Assembly: GCA_964506785.1 (NCBI GenBank)
Contig: CAZDME010000007.1
Coordinates: 1 to 33,517, forward strand
Reading direction: 5' to 3'
Source: an uncultured bacterium
GTDB taxonomy: Bacteria > CAZDME01 > JAYEMH01
Length of the DNA: 33,517 nt
Shown here: positions 1 through 9,088 of the stretch, in pieces
Position numbering within the stretch: the stretch's first letter is position 1
How the letters are laid out: the number at the start of each line of letters is the position of its first letter
Position numbers and translations under genes: made by a program
Notes under the pieces: generated by a model
The model's input: the letters and a program-made list of their open reading frames with translations, nothing else
What the model was told of the DNA's origin: nothing
Database searches by the model: none

Positions 1-513
1 AAGTTAGCCTTTGTCCTGGAGCTTAAAAATGTCAAGCGGGGCCGCATTAAAGAATATGCCAAAAAATTCGACTGCCAGTATTTTGAAGGCCAGCGTCCCT
101 GGGGGGTAAAATGCGATATTGCTTTTCCTTCGGCGACCCAGAACGAAATAGATGAAAATGATGCCAAAAGATTAGTCAAAAACGGCTGTATCTGTGTGGC
201 TGAAGGGGCAAATATGCCGACGATGCCTGAAGGAGTGAAAATCTTCCAAGAGGCGAAAATTCTCTATGGGCCCGGTAAAGCCGCCAATGCCGGCGGCGTG
301 GCTACCTCGGGGCTGGAGATGTCCCAGAACAGCCAAAGGCTATCTTGGAGCCGCCAGGAAGTAGACAGGAAGCTCCACGATATTATGATGGCTATTCATG
401 AACAGTGCCGGAAATATGGCCAGGCCGGTGGTTATACAGATTATGTAAAGGGAGCCAATATTGCCGGATTTGTCAAAGTGGCCGAAGCAATGCTCAATCA
501 GGGGATAGTATAA
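1..513 (+). CDS. gdhA: NADP-specific glutamate dehydrogenase, C-terminal part (5' end lies outside the window)
   Basis: Frame 1 is open from base 1 (KLAFVLELKNVKRGRIKEYAKK...CDIAFPSATQNEI...VAEGANMP...PGKAANAGGVATSGLEMSQN...GANIAGFVKVAEAMLNQGIV*). These are hallmark GdhA C-terminal motifs. The track's start at 196 is internal. Confidence 0.93.
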   Translation, partial: KLAFVLELKNVKRGRIKEYAKKFDCQYFEGQRPWGVKCDIAFPSATQNEIDENDAKRLVKNGCICVAEGANMPTMPEGVKIFQEAKILYGPGKAANAGGVATSGLEMSQNSQRLSWSRQEVDRKLHDIMMAIHEQCRKYGQAGGYTDYVKGANIAGFVKVAEAMLNQGIV

Positions 514-519
514 AGAAAT

Positions 520-542
520 TGTGTAATGTGAGATGTGTAATG
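520..542 (+). repeat. Short degenerate heptamer repeat (TGTGTAA/TGTGAGA/TGTGTAA) in the gdhA-carB spacer
   Basis: Read directly from the sequence. Confidence 0.5.
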
Positions 543-573
543 AAAAAACGGGAAATTAAATTTGTAATTTACT

Positions 574-3500
574 ATGCCTAAGCGAGAAGATATCCATAAA
601 GTTCTAATCATTGGTTCCGGCCCGATAATTATCGGCCAGGCATGTGAATTTGATTACTCCGGCACCCAGGCCTGTAAAGCTTTGAGGGAAGAAGGCTACC
701 AGGTAGTCCTGGTAAATTCTAATCCGGCCACCATTATGACTGACCCGGGTATGGCCGATAAAACATATATCGAGCCGCTTACCGTGGAAAGTTTGGAAAA
801 GATTATTGCCAAGGAAAAACCGGATGCCCTTCTTCCTAATTTAGGGGGTCAGACCGGGCTGAATCTTACCTCCAGCCTTTACAAATCCGGTGTTTTGAAA
901 AAATACGGTGTGGAAATTATCGGTGTTAGGGCTGAGGCGATTGAACGCGGTGAGGACCGGATTGCCTTTAAAGAGACAATGAAAAAATTAGGTATCGCCA
1001 TACCCAGGTCGGCACCCTGTTATTCAGTTGAAGAAGCTGAAAAAATTGTCAAAGAATTAGGATATCCGGTGGTTTTGCGGCCGGCTTATACCTTAGGCGG
1101 CACCGGCGGAGGCGTGGCTTTTAATTTAGAAGAGTTAAGGGCGGGAGTCAGCCGGGGATTGAGCATGAGCCTGGTCCATCAGGTTTTGGTCGAAGAGTCG
1201 GTTCTCGGCTGGGAAGAATTAGAGCTTGAGGTGGTCCGTGACCAGAAGAATCAAAAGATTACCGTCTGTTTTATTGAAAATATTGACGCTATGGGTGTCC
1301 ATACCGGCGACAGTTTTTGCTCTGCCCCCATGTTAACTGTCCCGCAAGCCCTGCAGAAGCGGATGCAGGAGCTTTCTTATGAAATTGTTGATGCTATCGG
1401 TGTCCTCGGCGGGACAAATATCCAGTTTGCCCATAATCTTAAGGATGACCGTTTGGTAGTAATCGAGATTAATCCCCGCACCTCGCGGTCTTCGGCCTTG
1501 GCTTCCAAAGCCACCGGTTTTCCCATTGCCCGCATTTCTACCAAACTTGCCGTTGGATTAACCATGGATGAAATTCCCTACTGGAAGGAGGGCACCTTAG
1601 AGAAATATGCGCCATGGGGGGAATATGTAGTCATTAAATTTGCCCGCTGGGCCTTTGAAAAATTTCCTAAGGCCAAGGATATTATCGGCACTCAGATGAA
1701 AGCGGTGGGGGAGGTAATGGCCATTGGCAAAACCTATAAGGATGCTTTTCAGAAATCTATCCGGTCGCTGGAAATAAAAAGATATGGTCTGGGAGGGATA
1801 AAGGATTTTAAAACCTTATCGCTGGAGAGGCTAAAAGAAAAATTGGCCCGGCCTTCAAGTGAACGTGTCTTTTTAATGTATGAAGCTCTGCGTAAAGGGA
1901 TGGGGATAGACGAGCTTTTCCGGCTAACCCGTATCGGCCGCTGGTTTATTAAAGAGATGAGGGAGCTGGTCGAGTTTGAAGAGGAATTGCTTAAAAGCAG
2001 CTGGAATAATCTCCCCGACGAGAAACTTACCCGGGCCAAGGAATGGGGTTTTTCGGATAAATACCTGGCCGGTCTTTTTAAAATAAAAGAAAAGGAAGTA
2101 AGAACAAAGAGAATAGCCATTGGCAAAACAGCCCGGTTTGAAGCCGTTCCGGTGAGCGGCGTAGAGAATGCCGAGTATTATTACTCAACTTATGCCCCTT
2201 TGGGTTCGGCCCGTCCGGGAAAAGAGAAATTTTTTCAAGAGGGAACGGTTTCCTCGAAAAAGAAGGTGATGATTCTGGGCGGCGGCCCGAATAGAATCGG
2301 CCAGGGAATCGAATTTGATTATACCTGTGTTCACGCTGCTGTTGTCCTCCGTGATGAAGGGTATGAATCAATTATGGTTAACTGCAATCCGGAAACCGTA
2401 TCCACTGATTACGATACTTCCGACAAGCTTTATTTTGAGCCGTTGACCGTCGAGGATGTCCTGGCAATTTATGAAAAAGAAAAACCCCTGGGGGTAATCG
2501 TCCAATTTGGAGGGCAGACCCCTTTAAATATTACCGAGGAGCTTAAGGATAACGGGGTAAGGATTTTGGGGACCACTCCGGAAAGTATTCGTCTGGCCGA
2601 AGATAGAGAGCGCTTTCGCGAAAAGATGATTGCCCTGGGTATTCCCCAGCCGGAAAGCGGCACGGCCCGTTCGTTAAAAGAGGCGGTTAGTATTGCTAAA
2701 GAAATAGGCTATCCCTTAATGGTTCGTCCTTCTTTTGTCCTCGGTGGACGCGGTATGGAGATTATCTATGACGAGGATATGTTGAAGAAATATGCCGAGG
2801 AAGCAATTGAAGTCAGTCCGGAATACCCAATGCTTATTGACAGGTTTCTTGAACGGGCTATTGAAACCGAAGTTGATGCTCTTTCCGACGGTAAAGATAC
2901 CTTTATTGCCGCTATCATGGAGCATATCGAACTGGCCGGTGTTCATTCCGGGGATTCAGCCTGCGCTATTCCACCCAGAACGATTAAAGAAAAAGACCTA
3001 ACTGCGATAGAAAAATATACGGCACAGATTGCCAGGGAGTTTAAGGTAGTGGGGCTGATGAATATTCAATATGCTATCGCAGGCGATAAGGTTTATATTC
3101 TTGAAGCCAACCCCCGGGCATCACGGACCGTTCCCCTGGTTTCTAAAGTAACCGGTATTCCCATAGCCCGGATAGCCACGCAAGTAATGTTAGGGAAAAA
3201 GATTAAAGATTTTCCCGAATTGAAAATGCGTAAGCTTCCCTATGTGGGCGTTAAAGAGGCAGTTTTCCCCTTTAATATGTTTCCGGAGGTAGACCCTCTA
3301 TTGGGCCCGGAAATGAGGGCTACCGGCGAGGTAATGGGCATTGCCGATACCTTTGGCTTGGCTTTCTATAAAGCCCAAGAAGCTGCCGGAGCAAAACTTC
3401 CGGTAGAGGGAAATGTTTTATTGACGGTAGCCGATAAAGATAAATCGGCTTTACTGGCCATAGCCCGGAAGCTTAAAAAACTTGGGTTTAAAATTTATGC

Positions 3501-3819
3501 CACCGACGGGACCGGCAATTTTCTTAAGGGGAAAGGGATAGCTAATATCCCGATAAAGAAATTGCACGAGGGCCGGCCCAATATTGCTGATGCCATTAAA
3601 AACAATGAAATTAATCTTATCGTTAATACCCCGGTTGGGCGCAGCAGTAAATATGACGACAGCTATATCCGCATGAGGGCCATCCAGTATAAAATTCCTT
3701 ATATTACCTCATTGGCTGCCGCCGAAGCCAGTGTGGAAGGTATTCAAGCCGTTAAAAAAAGCAATGTTTTGCCAAAGTCCCTTCAGGATTATCACCAGGC
3801 ACTTATTAAAAGGAGATAG
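574..3819 (+). CDS. carB: Carbamoyl-phosphate synthase large subunit
   Basis: MPKREDIHKVLIIGSGPIIIGQACEFDYSG start, two ATP-grasp halves (GGPNRIGQGIEFDY, HSGDSAC, EANPRASRT) and a C-terminal MGS-like domain; 1081 aa. Confidence 0.97.
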   Translation: MPKREDIHKVLIIGSGPIIIGQACEFDYSGTQACKALREEGYQVVLVNSNPATIMTDPGMADKTYIEPLTVESLEKIIAKEKPDALLPNLGGQTGLNLTSSLYKSGVLKKYGVEIIGVRAEAIERGEDRIAFKETMKKLGIAIPRSAPCYSVEEAEKIVKELGYPVVLRPAYTLGGTGGGVAFNLEELRAGVSRGLSMSLVHQVLVEESVLGWEELELEVVRDQKNQKITVCFIENIDAMGVHTGDSFCSAPMLTVPQALQKRMQELSYEIVDAIGVLGGTNIQFAHNLKDDRLVVIEINPRTSRSSALASKATGFPIARISTKLAVGLTMDEIPYWKEGTLEKYAPWGEYVVIKFARWAFEKFPKAKDIIGTQMKAVGEVMAIGKTYKDAFQKSIRSLEIKRYGLGGIKDFKTLSLERLKEKLARPSSERVFLMYEALRKGMGIDELFRLTRIGRWFIKEMRELVEFEEELLKSSWNNLPDEKLTRAKEWGFSDKYLAGLFKIKEKEVRTKRIAIGKTARFEAVPVSGVENAEYYYSTYAPLGSARPGKEKFFQEGTVSSKKKVMILGGGPNRIGQGIEFDYTCVHAAVVLRDEGYESIMVNCNPETVSTDYDTSDKLYFEPLTVEDVLAIYEKEKPLGVIVQFGGQTPLNITEELKDNGVRILGTTPESIRLAEDRERFREKMIALGIPQPESGTARSLKEAVSIAKEIGYPLMVRPSFVLGGRGMEIIYDEDMLKKYAEEAIEVSPEYPMLIDRFLERAIETEVDALSDGKDTFIAAIMEHIELAGVHSGDSACAIPPRTIKEKDLTAIEKYTAQIAREFKVVGLMNIQYAIAGDKVYILEANPRASRTVPLVSKVTGIPIARIATQVMLGKKIKDFPELKMRKLPYVGVKEAVFPFNMFPEVDPLLGPEMRATGEVMGIADTFGLAFYKAQEAAGAKLPVEGNVLLTVADKDKSALLAIARKLKKLGFKIYATDGTGNFLKGKGIANIPIKKLHEGRPNIADAIKNNEINLIVNTPVGRSSKYDDSYIRMRAIQYKIPYITSLAAAEASVEGIQAVKKSNVLPKSLQDYHQALIKRR

Positions 3820-3844
3820 TGCCTTTTTCTCTCCCTTTTTTCGT

Positions 3845-5683
3845 ATGGCAAAAAATAAAATCTACGATGTTATTGTTATCGGTGCCGGTCATGCCGGATG
3901 TGAGGCTGCCCTGGCGGCCAGCCGCATGGGTTGTCAGGTTCTTATGCTCAATTTGCATCTGGATACCATTGGCCTTATGTCCTGTAACCCGGCTATCGGC
4001 GGAATAGGCAAAGGCCAGCTGGTTAAGGAGATAGATGCCCTGGGTGGTGAAATGGCTCAGGCTGCCGACAAATGTGGGATACAGTTTAGAATCCTTAATT
4101 CTTCAAAAGGTCCGGCAGTTCAGTCATCCCGGGCACAGGTGGATAGAAAAGGTTATTGCCAATATATGCAGAAGGCTGTAACCACTCAGGAAAATCTTCA
4201 TGTGCTTGAGGCAGAGGCGATAGGTTTAATATGTAACAATAAGGTTGTGGAGGGTATAAGGGCTAATGACGGGAGGAGTTTTTCGGCCAGAACAGTAGTA
4301 GTAGCTCCGGGGACTTTTTTAAATGGTTTAATTCATATTGGCATGCGAAGCTTTGCCGGGGGCAGAATTGAGGAAAGGGAAATCAGTAAAGGCCTTTCTG
4401 AAGATTTAAAAGGTTTGGGATTTCATCTTTCGCGTTTTAAAACCGGAACCTGTGCCCGTCTGGACGGCAAGACTATTGATTTTTCCGGGCTTAGCCCGCA
4501 AAAGGGCGATAAGGTGCCCCGGCCTTTTTCTTTTTTTACTGGAAAGATAGATATTAAACAGCTCCCTTGCTATATTACCCATACCGTTGAGAAAACACAC
4601 CAGATTATCCGTAAGAATTTAGGCGTTTCTCCCCTGTTCAGCGGGAAAATTGTCGGGACCGGTGTCCGTTACTGCCCTTCTCTTGAGGATAAAGTAGTCA
4701 AATTTCCGCACCATCCTACCCATCAGATATTTCTAGAGCCGGAGGGGCTGGATAGCGACGAGTTCTATCCCAACGGACTTTCAACCAGTCTGCCGGAGGA
4801 CGTTCAGGCAGATTTTATCCGTTCTGTCCCCGGACTGGAAAAGGTTAAAATCAATCGCTTTGGCTACGGAATTGAACACGATGCCGTTGATTCAACCCAG
4901 CTTTTGCCTACTTTAGAAAGCAAACTTGTCCGCAATTTGTATTTAGCCGGCCAGATTAACGGGACCACCGGGTATGAAGAAGCGGCCGCTCAGGGATTAA
5001 TCGCCGGTATAAATGCTGTGTTGAGAATAAAGAAGAAACCGCCTTTGATTTTAGATCGCTCGACCAGTTACATCGGTGTTTTAATCGATGATTTAGTTAC
5101 TAAAGGGACAGATGAACCTTACCGAATGTTCACTTCACGGGTCGAAAACCGCCTGATTCTTCGCGAGGATAATGCCGATTTAAGATTAAGCAGGATTGCC
5201 TTCAAAATAGGTTTATTAGCAAAAAAGAAATATGCCCGGGTAGAGGAGAAACAAAGGAAGCTCGAACAAGGAACGAACTATCTTAAAGAAAATAAAATTA
5301 CCCGTAATAATGAAAAGATTACGCTTTATCAATTTCTTAAAAGGCCGGAAGTTAGGATTGAAGACATAAAAGGGAGATTCCTATCTGATTATTCTTCTGA
5401 TGTGCTTCGGGCAATTGAAGCGGGAATAAAATATTCCGGCTATATCCAAAAACAACTTGCCGAGGTAAAAAAAATTAAGAATCTGGAACAAATCAGGATT
5501 CCGGCTGATTTAAATTATGAGACCATTCCCAGTCTTTCCCGGGAAATAAAAGAAAAGCTTACCCGGGTTTCGCCTCTAAATTTGGGCCAGGCCGGCAGGA
5601 TTTCCGGGATTACCCCGGCGGCAATTGCTATTTTGATGGTTTACCTGAAAAAACACAGCCATGGAAAAAAAAGGAAGATATAA
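3845..5683 (+). CDS. mnmG: tRNA uridine-5-carboxymethylaminomethyl(34) synthesis enzyme MnmG/GidA
   Basis: YDVIVIGAGHAGCEAA, MSCNPAIGG, RFKTGT, RYCPSLEDK, AGQINGTTGYEEAAAQG and EPYRMFTSR motifs. The likely start is ATG 3845 (MAKNKIYD); the track's start at 3731 overlaps carB. Confidence 0.96.
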   Translation: MAKNKIYDVIVIGAGHAGCEAALAASRMGCQVLMLNLHLDTIGLMSCNPAIGGIGKGQLVKEIDALGGEMAQAADKCGIQFRILNSSKGPAVQSSRAQVDRKGYCQYMQKAVTTQENLHVLEAEAIGLICNNKVVEGIRANDGRSFSARTVVVAPGTFLNGLIHIGMRSFAGGRIEEREISKGLSEDLKGLGFHLSRFKTGTCARLDGKTIDFSGLSPQKGDKVPRPFSFFTGKIDIKQLPCYITHTVEKTHQIIRKNLGVSPLFSGKIVGTGVRYCPSLEDKVVKFPHHPTHQIFLEPEGLDSDEFYPNGLSTSLPEDVQADFIRSVPGLEKVKINRFGYGIEHDAVDSTQLLPTLESKLVRNLYLAGQINGTTGYEEAAAQGLIAGINAVLRIKKKPPLILDRSTSYIGVLIDDLVTKGTDEPYRMFTSRVENRLILREDNADLRLSRIAFKIGLLAKKKYARVEEKQRKLEQGTNYLKENKITRNNEKITLYQFLKRPEVRIEDIKGRFLSDYSSDVLRAIEAGIKYSGYIQKQLAEVKKIKNLEQIRIPADLNYETIPSLSREIKEKLTRVSPLNLGQAGRISGITPAAIAILMVYLKKHSHGKKRKI

Positions 5684-6581
5684 CAGGTTTTCCAAGTACC
5701 TGAAAGAGCGTTTTGGCTGCCGGGTTTACAAGGTGAGCATAGATGCCGGATTTTCCTGCCCTAATAAAGACGGGAAGTTAAGTAAGGATGGTTGTATCTA
5801 TTGCGATAACAGAGCTTTTAGCTTTAATACGCGTATTTCACCAAGGCCTATAAAGGCTCAGATTGAACAAGGAATGAGTTTTGCGAGGGAAAGATACGGC
5901 GCCGAAAAATTTATCGTATATTTTCAATCCTGCACAAATACCTATGCGCCGTTAGAAGTTTTGAAAAAAAGATATGATATTATAAGAGAATTTGAAGACA
6001 TAGTGGGAATTAGTATCAGCACCCGCCCCGATTGTGTCAACGGAGAAATTTTAGATTTAATTGAAGATTATTCCCGGGAGTATGAGGTATGGATTGAATA
6101 TGGTCTGCAGAGCATTCATAACGAAACTCTAGAGCTTATTAACAGGCAGCATCTTTACCGGGATTTTTTAAAGGCCTTTAAACAGACCAGAAAAAGGAAA
6201 AAGATAAATATTTGCGTCCATGTAATTATCGGGCTGCCTGGTGAGACAAAAGAAAAAATTTTAGCCACGGCCAAAGAGTTGGGCCGGTTTAAGCTGGAAG
6301 GCATAAAGATTCATCCTCTGCATATAATCAAAGGAACTAAATTATATGAGCTGTGGCAGGCGGGGCGCTATAGGCCTTTAGAATTGGATACGTATGTGGA
6401 AATAGTAACGGGATTTTTAGAGTATCTCCGGCCAAATACCGTTATTCAGAGAATAAGCGCCGACTGCCCGGAAGAATTCTTGGCAGCGCCTCTATGGATT
6501 CGTGAGAAAGCCTTGGTTTTGAATATGATAGATAAAAAATTGGCAGAAAACGACACATTCCAGGGGGCAAAAAGGCCCTGA
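5661..6581 (+). CDS. TIGR01212/YhcC-family radical SAM protein (MnmL/YtqA-like)
   Basis: KVSIDAGFSCPNKDG...GCIYC (C-x11-C-x2-C), STRPDC, EYGLQS, GIKIHPLHIIKGT motifs. Overlaps the mnmG 3' end by 23 bp. Confidence 0.9.
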   Translation: MEKKGRYNRFSKYLKERFGCRVYKVSIDAGFSCPNKDGKLSKDGCIYCDNRAFSFNTRISPRPIKAQIEQGMSFARERYGAEKFIVYFQSCTNTYAPLEVLKKRYDIIREFEDIVGISISTRPDCVNGEILDLIEDYSREYEVWIEYGLQSIHNETLELINRQHLYRDFLKAFKQTRKRKKINICVHVIIGLPGETKEKILATAKELGRFKLEGIKIHPLHIIKGTKLYELWQAGRYRPLELDTYVEIVTGFLEYLRPNTVIQRISADCPEEFLAAPLWIREKALVLNMIDKKLAENDTFQGAKRP

Positions 6582-6586
6582 GCTTT

Positions 6587-7045
6587 TTACTTTTCCGCCT
6601 TTTGGAAGGCAATCAGGATTTCTTGAGGGCTCTGGGCTTTGAGGAGGGTTTCTCTAAAAAGCCCCTCTTTTAGAACCCGGGTAAGTTTGGAAAGTAACTG
6701 CAAATATTGGCCCAGTTTTTTTTCTTTGGGTGTTCCCATCAAAAAGATCAATTTAACCGGCTGACCGTCTAAAGAGGCAAATTCTATTCCCTGTTTTGCC
6801 CGGCCAAAGGCAATGACAAAATCCGTTACTGAAGCGGTCCTGGCGTGGGGGATACCAATTTCATAGCCAATCCCGGTAGTGCTTAGATCTTCCCGTTTGA
6901 AAACATCATTAAGAAAGCCATTAAAATTAGCGATGGCTTTAGATTCTTTTAAAAGCTCGGCTAATTCTTTTATTGCCTCATTTTTGTTTGCCGCCTTAAG
7001 ACTCAGTGAAATTTGACTTTCTTCGAGATAATCACTAATTAACAT
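6587..7045 (-). CDS. Stand-alone PTS EIIA domain protein (fructose/Ntr-type)
   Basis: REDLSTTGIGYEIGIPHAR (phospho-His motif), GIEFASLDGQPVKLIFL; GGAGG RBS upstream on the minus strand. Confidence 0.9.
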   Translation of the reverse strand: MLISDYLEESQISLSLKAANKNEAIKELAELLKESKAIANFNGFLNDVFKREDLSTTGIGYEIGIPHARTASVTDFVIAFGRAKQGIEFASLDGQPVKLIFLMGTPKEKKLGQYLQLLSKLTRVLKEGLFRETLLKAQSPQEILIAFQKAEK

Positions 7046-7094
7046 TTCCTTCCTCCTGGGTAATTTCTGCTTTTGGTTTTTTTATATCTTTAAG

Positions 7095-7123
7095 ATTCTA
7101 CTTGAAGATCCCCCATTTGTCAA
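7095..7123 (-). promoter_or_regulatory. sigma70-type promoter for the EIIA gene
   Basis: Minus strand TTGACA (7123-7118), 17 bp spacer, TAGAAT (7100-7095). Confidence 0.65.
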
Positions 7124-7155
7124 CATTTATCCCGAACTTATTTACCGCAAACTTC

Positions 7156-7184
7156 TTGCCTATCAGGAAACTGTATGCTATAAT
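7156..7184 (+). promoter_or_regulatory. sigma70-type promoter with extended -10 for mscS and the trehalose cluster
   Basis: TTGCCT (7156-61), 17 bp spacer, TG-n-TATAAT (-10 at 7179-84); back-to-back with the EIIA promoter. Confidence 0.65.
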
Positions 7185-7286
7185 AAACCAGTTTACACAT
7201 ATTATTATTTACATATGTTAAAGGGCGCACTTAAGAACAAATAACGCGATACAGGATAACGTGGAACGAATACCGGGAGGGCACCG

Positions 7287-8357
7287 ATGAAAGATATAAC
7301 AATTTTGGGGGTAACTGTCTCTGCCTGGATATACGCGCCAGCGGTATATTTTATCTGGGTAAGCCTTCTTCTTTTAATTAAAAAGATATTTTTCGGCCGG
7401 GTACAAAAATTTGCCCGAAAAACCCGGTCAAAACTCGACGATATATTACTAGGGGCATTGGACCTTCCCCTGCTTCTTTTAATCTTTGCCAGCGGAGCCG
7501 TGGTTTTGGAAAGAATTTCTCCTTTAGGTGAAGAGCTTGCCCTGACCAAATTCTTTATTGTCGGTCTCAAGGTAACAGCCATTATTGCTGTAATTATTTT
7601 CTTTGACCGGCTCTTAAGGAATTTGATTCAATCCTACGCTTCCCGGGTGGAAGTGCTTAGGACCTCCGGCGGCATTGCTCAGGGAATTGCCAGAGTCGTG
7701 GTGATTGCCTTGGGCCTCTTGATTCTCATGGACAGCTTGGGTATTTCCATAACCCCGCTTTTAGCCTCCTTAGGTATTGGCTCTTTAGCCGTGGCGCTCG
7801 CTTTACAGCCAACCCTGGAGAATTTCTTTTCCGGGATTCAAATTGTCATCGATAAGCCGATAAAGGTTGGTCAGTTCATTAAGCTTGATTCCGGAGAAGA
7901 AGGCTATGTGGCTAAAATTGGCTGGCGTTCTACCTGGGTGCGGATGTTGCCTAATAACGTGGTGGTTATTCCCAATAAAATCCTGGTAAACAGCAAAGTG
8001 CTCAATTATTATTATCCGGCAGAGGAACTGGCGGTTTTAGTCCAGGTGGGGGTTCATTATGGGTCGGATTTAAAGAAGGTAGAGAAAGTGACCATAGAAG
8101 TCGGCGAAGAAGTGATGAAAACTGTTGCCGGGGGAGTGCCTGAATTCAAGCCTTTTATACGATACCATACTTTTTCTGATTTCAGTATTAACTTTACGGT
8201 GATATTAAGGGCCAAGGAATTTGTCGATAATTATTTAATCAAGCATGAGTTTATCAAGCGCCTGCACGAGCGATATAAAAAAGAAGGCATTGTCATTCCT
8301 TTCCCTATTTACGCGCTCAATTATGAACAGGAGAAGGCAAAAGAAGGTAATAGGTAG
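7287..8357 (+). CDS. mscS: Small-conductance mechanosensitive channel (MscS family)
   Basis: N-terminal TM helices, then LLASLGIGSLAVALALQPTLENFFSG, KPIKVGQFI, IGWRSTWVR, VIPNKIL and GIVIPFP. Confidence 0.92.
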   Translation: MKDITILGVTVSAWIYAPAVYFIWVSLLLLIKKIFFGRVQKFARKTRSKLDDILLGALDLPLLLLIFASGAVVLERISPLGEELALTKFFIVGLKVTAIIAVIIFFDRLLRNLIQSYASRVEVLRTSGGIAQGIARVVVIALGLLILMDSLGISITPLLASLGIGSLAVALALQPTLENFFSGIQIVIDKPIKVGQFIKLDSGEEGYVAKIGWRSTWVRMLPNNVVVIPNKILVNSKVLNYYYPAEELAVLVQVGVHYGSDLKKVEKVTIEVGEEVMKTVAGGVPEFKPFIRYHTFSDFSINFTVILRAKEFVDNYLIKHEFIKRLHERYKKEGIVIPFPIYALNYEQEKAKEGNR

Positions 8358-8437
8358 CAGGGAGTAGGTGGTAGGTAGACTGTGTCCCGTAACTAAATAA
8401 CCGACGGCCTGCTTTAGGAGATTTACTGGAGGTAAGG

Positions 8438-9088
8438 ATGAGTCTAAAAGGAGCTATCTTTGATTTAGACGGAGTGATAGTTAATACTGTCCCTCTCCAT
8501 TTTAAAGCCTGGGCGAGAATGTTTGCCCAATACGGCCATAACTTTAGTTTCGAGGATTACAAAAGTAAGGTGGATGGCATTCCCCGGATAGACGGTGCCC
8601 GGGCGATTTTAAAAGACTTATCGGATGAAAAGTTAAATAAAGCAGCGGCTAAAAAGCAGGGATATTTTTTGGAATATTTGGAATCGGAAAAAATTGATGT
8701 TTATCAAACAACTCTTAATTTAATCAAGGAGTTGAGAAATCAGGGTGTCAAGATTGCGGTTATTTCATCCAGCAAGAATTGTCCGCGGATATTGAAAACA
8801 GCTGGATTATATGAGTTTATCGATGTTGAGATAAATGGAAGCGACATTACAAAAGGGAAACCCGACCCTCAGATTTTTTTAATGGCTCAGGAAAAGTTAG
8901 GCCTGGAGGTAGGGGAATGTGTCGTTTTCGAAGATGCTGTCCTCGGGGTAGAAGCGGCAAAAAGCGGCGGTTTTAAAACCGTCGGTATTGACCGCCACCA
9001 GGATCCACAGAGACTTAACAAGGCAGATTTAGTGGTTAAAGATTTAGGCGAAGTGGATTTTAACAAATTGAAAGCGTTAATTGAATGA
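8438..9088 (+). CDS. pgmB: beta-phosphoglucomutase family HAD hydrolase
   Basis: FDLDGVIVNT (DxD motif), HFKAW, KGKPDPQIF, VVFEDAVLGVEAA. Translationally coupled (ATGA overlap) to the GH65 gene. Confidence 0.85.
   Translation: MSLKGAIFDLDGVIVNTVPLHFKAWARMFAQYGHNFSFEDYKSKVDGIPRIDGARAILKDLSDEKLNKAAAKKQGYFLEYLESEKIDVYQTTLNLIKELRNQGVKIAVISSSKNCPRILKTAGLYEFIDVEINGSDITKGKPDPQIFLMAQEKLGLEVGECVVFEDAVLGVEAAKSGGFKTVGIDRHQDPQRLNKADLVVKDLGEVDFNKLKALIE

Noticed and set aside
2191-2250. Apparent short insertion in the CarB linker (APLGSARPGKEKFFQEG)
   Set aside because: It falls in a naturally variable inter-domain linker, with no clear palindrome or intein signature.
3731-3844. N-terminal extension of MnmG
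   Set aside because: It overlaps carB; the family N-terminus begins at ATG 3845.
8356-8415. Possible structured RNA between mscS and pgmB (AGCAGG/CCTGCT, CCGT/ACGG)
   Set aside because: The helices are short, match no riboswitch consensus I know, and have no terminator.
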